A stretch of 64,000 nucleotides of DNA from NCBI RefSeq assembly GCF_032444005.1, contig NC_091283.1, positions 62,744,001-62,808,000 on the forward strand, written 5' to 3'. Shown in pieces: positions 57,771-64,000 of this stretch. Both the position numbers and the translations under genes were made by a program. The notes under the pieces were generated by a model. The model did no database searches and was not told where the DNA came from. It saw nothing but the letters and a program-made list of their open reading frames with translations. The DNA comes from Ranitomeya imitator. Lineage: Eukaryota. Position 1 is the first letter of the stretch. Each line of letters begins with the position of its first letter.

Positions 57771-58483
57771 AGGTACCTTCACACATAACGATATCGTTAA
57801 CGATATCGTTGCTTTTTGTGACGTAGCAACGATATCGTTAAAGAAATCGTTATGTGTGACAGCGACCAACGATCAGGCCCCTGCTGGGAGATCGTTGGTC
57901 GCTGAACAAAGTCCAGAACTTTATTTAATCGCTGGATCTCCCGTGGACATCGCTGGATCGGCGTGTGTGACACCGATCCAGCGATGTCTTCACTGGTAAC
58001 CAGGGTAAACATCGGGTTACTAAGCGCAGGGCCGCGCTTAGTAACCCGATGTTTACCCTGGTTACCAGCGTAAAAGTAAAAAAAAACAAACACTACATAC
58101 TTACCTACCGCTGTCTGTCCCCGGCGCTCTGCTCTGCACTCCTCCTGTACTGGCTGTGAGCGTCGGTCAGCCGGAAAGCAGAGCGGTGACGTCACCGCTC
58201 TGCTTTCCGGCCGCTGTGCTCACAGCCAGTGCAGGAGGAGTGCAGAGAAGCTGAGCGCCGGGGACAGACAGCGGTAGGTAAGTATGTAGTGTTTGTTTTT
58301 TTTTACTTTTACGCTGGTAACCAGGGCCCTGCGCTTAGTAACCCGATGTTTACCCTGGTTACCGGCATCGTTGGTCGCTGGAGAGCGGTCTGTGTGACAG
58401 CTCTCCAGCGACCAAACAGCGACGCTGCAGCGATCCGGATCGTTGTCGGTATCGCTGCAGCATCGCTTAATGTGAAGGGGCCT
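57771..58483. mobile_element. Harbinger-like MITE (AGGTACC family)
   Basis: TTA|AGGTACCTTCACACAT ... ATGTGAAGGGGCCT|TTA; nested internal palindromes; homologous to 37890-38470. Confidence 0.82.
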
Positions 58484-61052
58484 TTAGCGTTGGGGTTTGC
58501 AACACTAATAGGTCTCCGACACCACAATGCAGAGCTGATTAGTTCTCAGGCAACGCATGTCGTCACATGTGTCATGATGTCATAGGCCTACTTATCGAAA
58601 GAGGAGGAAGAGGATTATCTATTGCCGTGGAGAAGTAAAGAAGAGGTTGGAGGGAGCTGCACACAGGATATGGTTGATGGCTCCATCGGCGAGATAGGTG
58701 AGCGGAGAAATATTTTTATTATTTTTCTTTTTTTAGACCTGTCCCAGAACACTACAAAAAGGGATAATGGATTTGCACCATGCTATTCACAAAAAATTGA
58801 GATTCGGGAGAATTTGTATTTTTTGTAACATTAATAGCAAATTCAGATAACAACAGGCAAATGTGGTCATCTCTAATCATGGTTTTCTTACCTAAGATTT
58901 TCAGTATATGCACATTGTTTAATTAAGCATGCTTACCCTTCATACCCTCTACAACACTCGACCTCTGGAAACGAAAGTAGGAGTAAAAATTAATCAGAAG
59001 AGAAATTGCTTTCAACATAACAAGATTTGAAATTCTTGGTTTAGGGAATATTCTATCATTCTTGCTACAGTTTTGATTAAGGCTTAACAAATCCAGACTA
59101 ACGGAAGTATAAATATTAGTAGAGATTTCCACCACCTTTTCCAAAATTTAGTATGAGCAGCACAGACCTAGGTTTTGAAGAATGCCAATGAGAAGGAAAG
59201 TAAACAACAATTTTCCTATACAATTTGCATTTCCTCTCTATACAATGATGGTGGCCTTCATTGATTTACTAGTCTGTAAAATACAAAACGAGAATCAATT
59301 TACCTATCATTCTCTTGAATTTATGAAAAAGGAATATCGACCTGGACACTTGTCTTACCAATGCATCCTAATGATCATCAAATAGGCAAAGCTGAAGTAG
59401 CTCATGGTCACTAAGTATATCTCATCTGATAGATGTCACCCACCTTGACTGTGTTACCCCTAATAAAAAGCTGCTACAGAGTGCGTCTCCCACCCCGGAG
59501 GACCAGGAAAGTTCTTTGATTGCTATGTGTACTGTCCTCAGTGGTTGATACCTTTTAATGGATAACTGAAAAGATGGTAATAAATTACGAGCTTTCGAGA
59601 CTCCATCCTTCATTGCAATTTGTTACCATTAGCCATTAAGCCATTAAAAGGTATCAACCACTGAGGACTCTCAAATCTAAATATTTTTCTATCTACTGGC
59701 TAACATGGTACAAAGATATATATCTTTCCTTTATGTGTACTGTGTAATCCATTATTTCCTCAAAAGTAGTGCTGTAGAAAAATTGGACATATGCTCCTAG
59801 GTTCTTCTACAGTTCCTACTGTAGAATAGTAGGACATCACAGGAGCATTTTAGTTTATTTTTAGGGGACTGTCATAAAAAAAAAAAAAGAAAGGTGGCAC
59901 CCTCAAAATAAATGAGTGTATTTTACCACCACCATCTAAAAATTTCCTTTTACAGACATTTTTAGTGAAGCTCTGTCATTTTTCTGTAATTCTTACAAAT
60001 ATTACAAAGTAATAATTTGCTTACAAGATTTACAATTCAAAGCATAGTTTTTTTTTTATTCCAACTTTCAATGGTCCCTATAAAAGTATGTAAAGAGTTT
60101 CTTCAAAGAAGTGGAACTTTTCATACGTGTTACCCTTTGGTTATTGCTATGTAGCCAGAGTACGATATTTGGTGGTAAATGTAGCGTTGGTGCCTCTATA
60201 CTTAAAATACAATCAGACACAAGGGGCCTAACTTATGTTTCCTTCAGATGCATCAATAATCTTGCCAATCATATTGAGTTTGGAAAGCGGGTCACATGGG
60301 AAACCAGGAGAGATGAAACTCTAGCATGTTCTCTTAAACAAAAATAAGAACCTCACATTGAAAATTCTTATTTGTCTGAAGGCTGAATTCAGTTAAGGCT
60401 ACACGACTGTTTAAAATGCTGCCCAGCAAGTTTTTGAGTACAATCTTCTTTCAAGTCCCTGGCTTCAGCTGTACAGCCTTCAAATTTTGACATGCAGTAG
60501 AGTAAGCCTATTCCCTGACCAGAATTTGGAGCATCGAGGTTCTGACCTGACATCCATTTCAAATGTGCCTCTGATTCAGAGAATCTCATATGAGAAGGAA
60601 AGTGAGGATATGCCATAGATTTTGGGAATATTATCCTCCCAATTTACTGAACGAGCTATGGGCCTAACTGGTATTCCACGTGAACCATGTAGAATTGCAT
60701 CATTTTCACTCTTAATTTCAATTAAACAAAAAAATTTGAAGCTAAAAATAATTGAATTAGAAAAATGGAAAAAAAAATGATTCTACAAAACGGAATTAAG
60801 TTAATTTGCTTCCAATAAAAACTGGCTCTAGACCAGGTACTTTGTGGGAGCTTGGTATGGGTAACTTAGTTTCAAAGGTAAGCTACGCAACAATCCTGAG
60901 CGTCTTTATTGGCATGTAGCTCATGTAAATGAGCTGTTAAGATCTATTGTTGGCCCATAGATCTCCCTGAGAATCTGCCTTGAGAGCTTATTTTAAATGA
61001 TTGGGGGCAAAACCAGTGTGATGACTGAAAGTCTGCTCTTCTGTTTTAAATA

Positions 61053-63031
61053 CCGTATATACTCGAGTATAAGCTCACCCGAGTATAAGCAGAGACCCCT
61101 AATTTTGCCACAAAAAAACTGGGAAAACGTATTGACTCAAGTATAAGCCTAGGATGGGAAAAGCAGCAGCTACCGGTAAATTTCAAAAATAAAAATAGAT
61201 ACCAATAAAAGTAATATTAATTGAGACATCAGTAGGTGAACTAATAATAAAAATAATCTTTATTTATATAGCGCCAACATATTCCGCAGCGCTTTACAGT
61301 TTACCAGTTTCAAACGCAAGTCATAAGTAACAACGTTAACAATACAATAATTAAAGCACAATAAGACGACCCTGCTCGTGAGAGCTTACAATCTACAATG
61401 AGGTGGGGGAGATACAAAGTACAGGAGCTTATTTACAATGATGTATTTACAGTGATGGTCCAGCCATCTTCAGGGGGTGGGGGATAGATGGAAATAGTGA
61501 ATGGGCTACACACGTGCTCTTACACATAAAATGACTTTTATTAGGGAACGTGATAGGCCACGCTGAACAAATATGTTTTGAGGGCGCCCCTAAAACTATG
61601 CAAATTGTGACTGGTCCTAATTTCTTGGGGTAGAGCATTCCAGAGGATTGGCGCAGCGTGGGAGAAGTCTTGAAGATGAGAGTGGGAGGTACGGATTAGT
61701 GCAGAGGTTAGTCGAAAGTCATTTGCAGAGCGCAGAGGTCAGCTAGGCCGATAGACAGAAATAAGGGAGGAGACGTAAGGAGGTGCTGCACTATGAAGAG
61801 CTTTGTGGGTGAGAACAAGTACTTTGAATTGAATCCTATAATGAATGGGCAGCCAGTGTAACAACTGGCGAAGAGTGGCTGCATCTGAATACAGATTAGC
61901 CAGGTAGATGACCTTGGCTGCTGCATTAAGGATAGACTCGAGAGGGGAAAGTTGTGAGGGGAGTCCAATTAATAGAGCATTACAGTAGTCCAGGCGGGAG
62001 AGTATCAGGGTAACAGTGAGAGTTTTTGTTGTTTCCATGGTGAGAAAAGGGCGGATTATAGAGATGTTCTTTAGGTGTAAGGGAAGTGAAGTAGAGTTAA
62101 GTGTTTTTGAATATCCATATTAAATCCGGAGCCCCATATAATGCTCCATAAAGTTCATGATGAGCCCCATAAGATGCTCCATATTAAAATATGCCCCATA
62201 TAATGCTGCATAAAAGGTTAATGATGGCCGCATAAGATGCTCCATAGAATATTATGCCCCATAGAATGCTGCACAAAGGTTGATGGCCCCACAAAATGCT
62301 CCATAGAATAATATGGCCCGCATGCTGCTGCTGCTGCTGTGCTTAAAAAAAATGACATACACACCTCTCGTCGCTGGGAGCCAGGTGCCGTATCACCGCT
62401 GGCTCATTACTTGACACTTGCAATATTCACCTGTCCCCGTTCCACCGCCAGGCACCACTGTGTCTTCCGGGTTTCTGCAGTGACTGTTCAGGCATAGGTC
62501 CCACACTAACCACGTCATCGCGCCCTCTGACCTGAACGTCACAGCAAGAGGACGCGGAAGACAGAGCCCGGCAGTGGAACGGGGACAGGTGAATATCACA
62601 TGGCTCACCCTCCCCTGTCATACTCACTCCCTCCTAGACCAGTCTCTCTGTATGTCCCTGATTCTTCGATGGACTCCGGCACGCGCCGGCAGCTCCTTCA
62701 AATGCTGAGCAGTCACAGGGTACCGCTCATTAAAGTAATGAATATGCGCGCCACGCCTTTGTGAGTGGAGTCGTATCCATATTCATTACTTTAATGAGCG
62801 GTACCATGTGATCGTTTAACACAGGAAGAGCTGTGGGCGCCGGAGACCATCACAGAAGCAGAGAAGTGCAGAGACCATGCCGGGAGCAGGTATGATGTGA
62901 CAGCCGCCACTCCTGCCGCTCCCCCTCCCCCACCGAACCCCTGGGACTATGACTCGAGTATAAGCCGAGAGGGGCATTTTTAGCCTAAAAAAATGGGCTG
63001 AAAATCTCAGCTTATACTCGAGTATATAAGA
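61053..63031. mobile_element. Non-autonomous Tc1/mariner-superfamily (pogo-like) element carrying an L2 insertion
   Basis: TA|CCGTATATACTCGAGTATAAGC ... GCTTATACTCGAGTATATA, with inner CGAGTATAAGC repeats at both ends. Confidence 0.65.
61243..62080 (-). mobile_element. L2-clade LINE 3' fragment
   Basis: Minus ORF LILSRLDYCNALLIGLP...LHWLPIHYRIQFK (L2 ORF2 C-terminus); tail TGTAAAGCGCTGCGGAATATGTTGGCGCTATATAAATAAA. Confidence 0.85.
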
Positions 63032-63815
63032 TAACTCAAACTTGTAACGTTCCATTTTATTTACAATGAGCTCTGGAGACAGATTCGCAAGGAGATCTAT
63101 GTCTGGCCCATAGATCTTAACAGCTCATTTACATATTAAGAAATATGACCTACATGCCCATATACAGTAGACGGCTTAGGAGGGTTGATCCTATTGACAG
63201 ATTCCTTTTAAGCCTTATTGAAATGAGCGCTAGTGTGCCTGTAAATTATATTGATTATGGAAAATGAAATATTGAATTATTATTTTTATCATTATAAGTC
63301 ATCAGACTTAAAACATTATTGGAAATTAATATATGAGTTATTAAAGGGGCTATTCCATGAGCAACATGTATTATTTATCCACAGGATAGATGATAAATAT
63401 ACTGTACTATCACTAGAGGCCAGTCCGACCCCAGGGGATCCCCACTAGAAATGAGTGAACTTGTTTGGAAAACTTTCACCACTCTCAAATTCAGCACAGA
63501 CGTTGCACATTTGGATTTGTGTTCGGATTCCCGAGCATTTTCCTCAAAATAGGCAAAATTCTGCCAAAGTTCGGTAAATGCTAATGCTTTTGTTAGGACT
63601 TTGGCTAGGATAGTGGTGCTGTATGATGAGCAGGGGGGACGTCTTTGATGAGGGGAGGGGGTGAGGAGCGGTCAGAGGAGCGGCAGACTGTTATTCTTTT
63701 CTTTTTTTTCTTTTATTAATTCAATGTGTGGATATTCCAGCAGCCAATCAGGGACCAGAAATCATCCCCAATGTCCAGGCACAAGGGCTTCTGTCATTGG
63801 CTGACAAAGTTACAT

Positions 63816-64000
63816 AGTGTGGGCCATACACCTGGCCACATTTCCGAATCTAAATCATTTGTGGTAAAAGTGTGGGCCAGAGATCTGGCCACATTTCAGA
63901 ATTTAAATCATTTGTGCTAATAGTGTGAACCAGACACCAGGCCACATTTCAGAATCTAAATTGTTTGCGCTAAAAGTGTGGGCCAGACACCAGGCCACAT
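63816..64000 (+). repeat. 53-bp minisatellite running off the window end
   Basis: GGCCACATTT anchor at 63834, 63887, 63940 and 63993. Confidence 0.9.

Noticed and set aside
60100-60620. Open frames and splice-like sites in unique DNA (e.g. QVFEYNLLSSPWLQLY...YEKESEDMP*)
   Set aside because: Several incompatible frames, no strong acceptor/donor pair and no recognisable homology; cannot be supported without RNA data.

Overview
Eukaryotic, repeat-saturated 64 kb window. The repeat families (T2/Kolobok-like and Harbinger-like MITEs, V-SINE, CR1 and L2 LINEs, sushi-type chromoviruses) suggest an anuran amphibian; this is an inference. There are no prokaryotic-type genes and no CRISPR array. Content: (i) two copies of a TTAA-terminated non-autonomous DNA element carrying telomere-like repeats and a 387-bp satellite; (ii) three Ty3/Gypsy chromoviruses (Tf1/sushi group), two of them full-length with TSDs and a single nonsense codon each; (iii) an older Gmr1-type Gypsy element with the inverted IN-RT-RH domain order, hosting one chromovirus; (iv) two CR1 LINEs from different families, one coding-intact, each nested in another element; (v) L2 and RTE fragments, a V-SINE, many foldback MITEs, micro- and minisatellites; (vi) two candidate exons of an unidentified host gene. 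Best leads: both CR1 families end ORF1 on a slippery heptamer (U_UUA_AAC or G_UUA_AAC) with ORF2 open in the -1 frame, suggesting programmed -1 frameshifting in a LINE; and two divergent chromoviruses show self-priming PBS complementarity exactly 30 nt downstream of a TATA-like box. All comparisons were made by eye, so boundaries of degenerate repeats are approximate.
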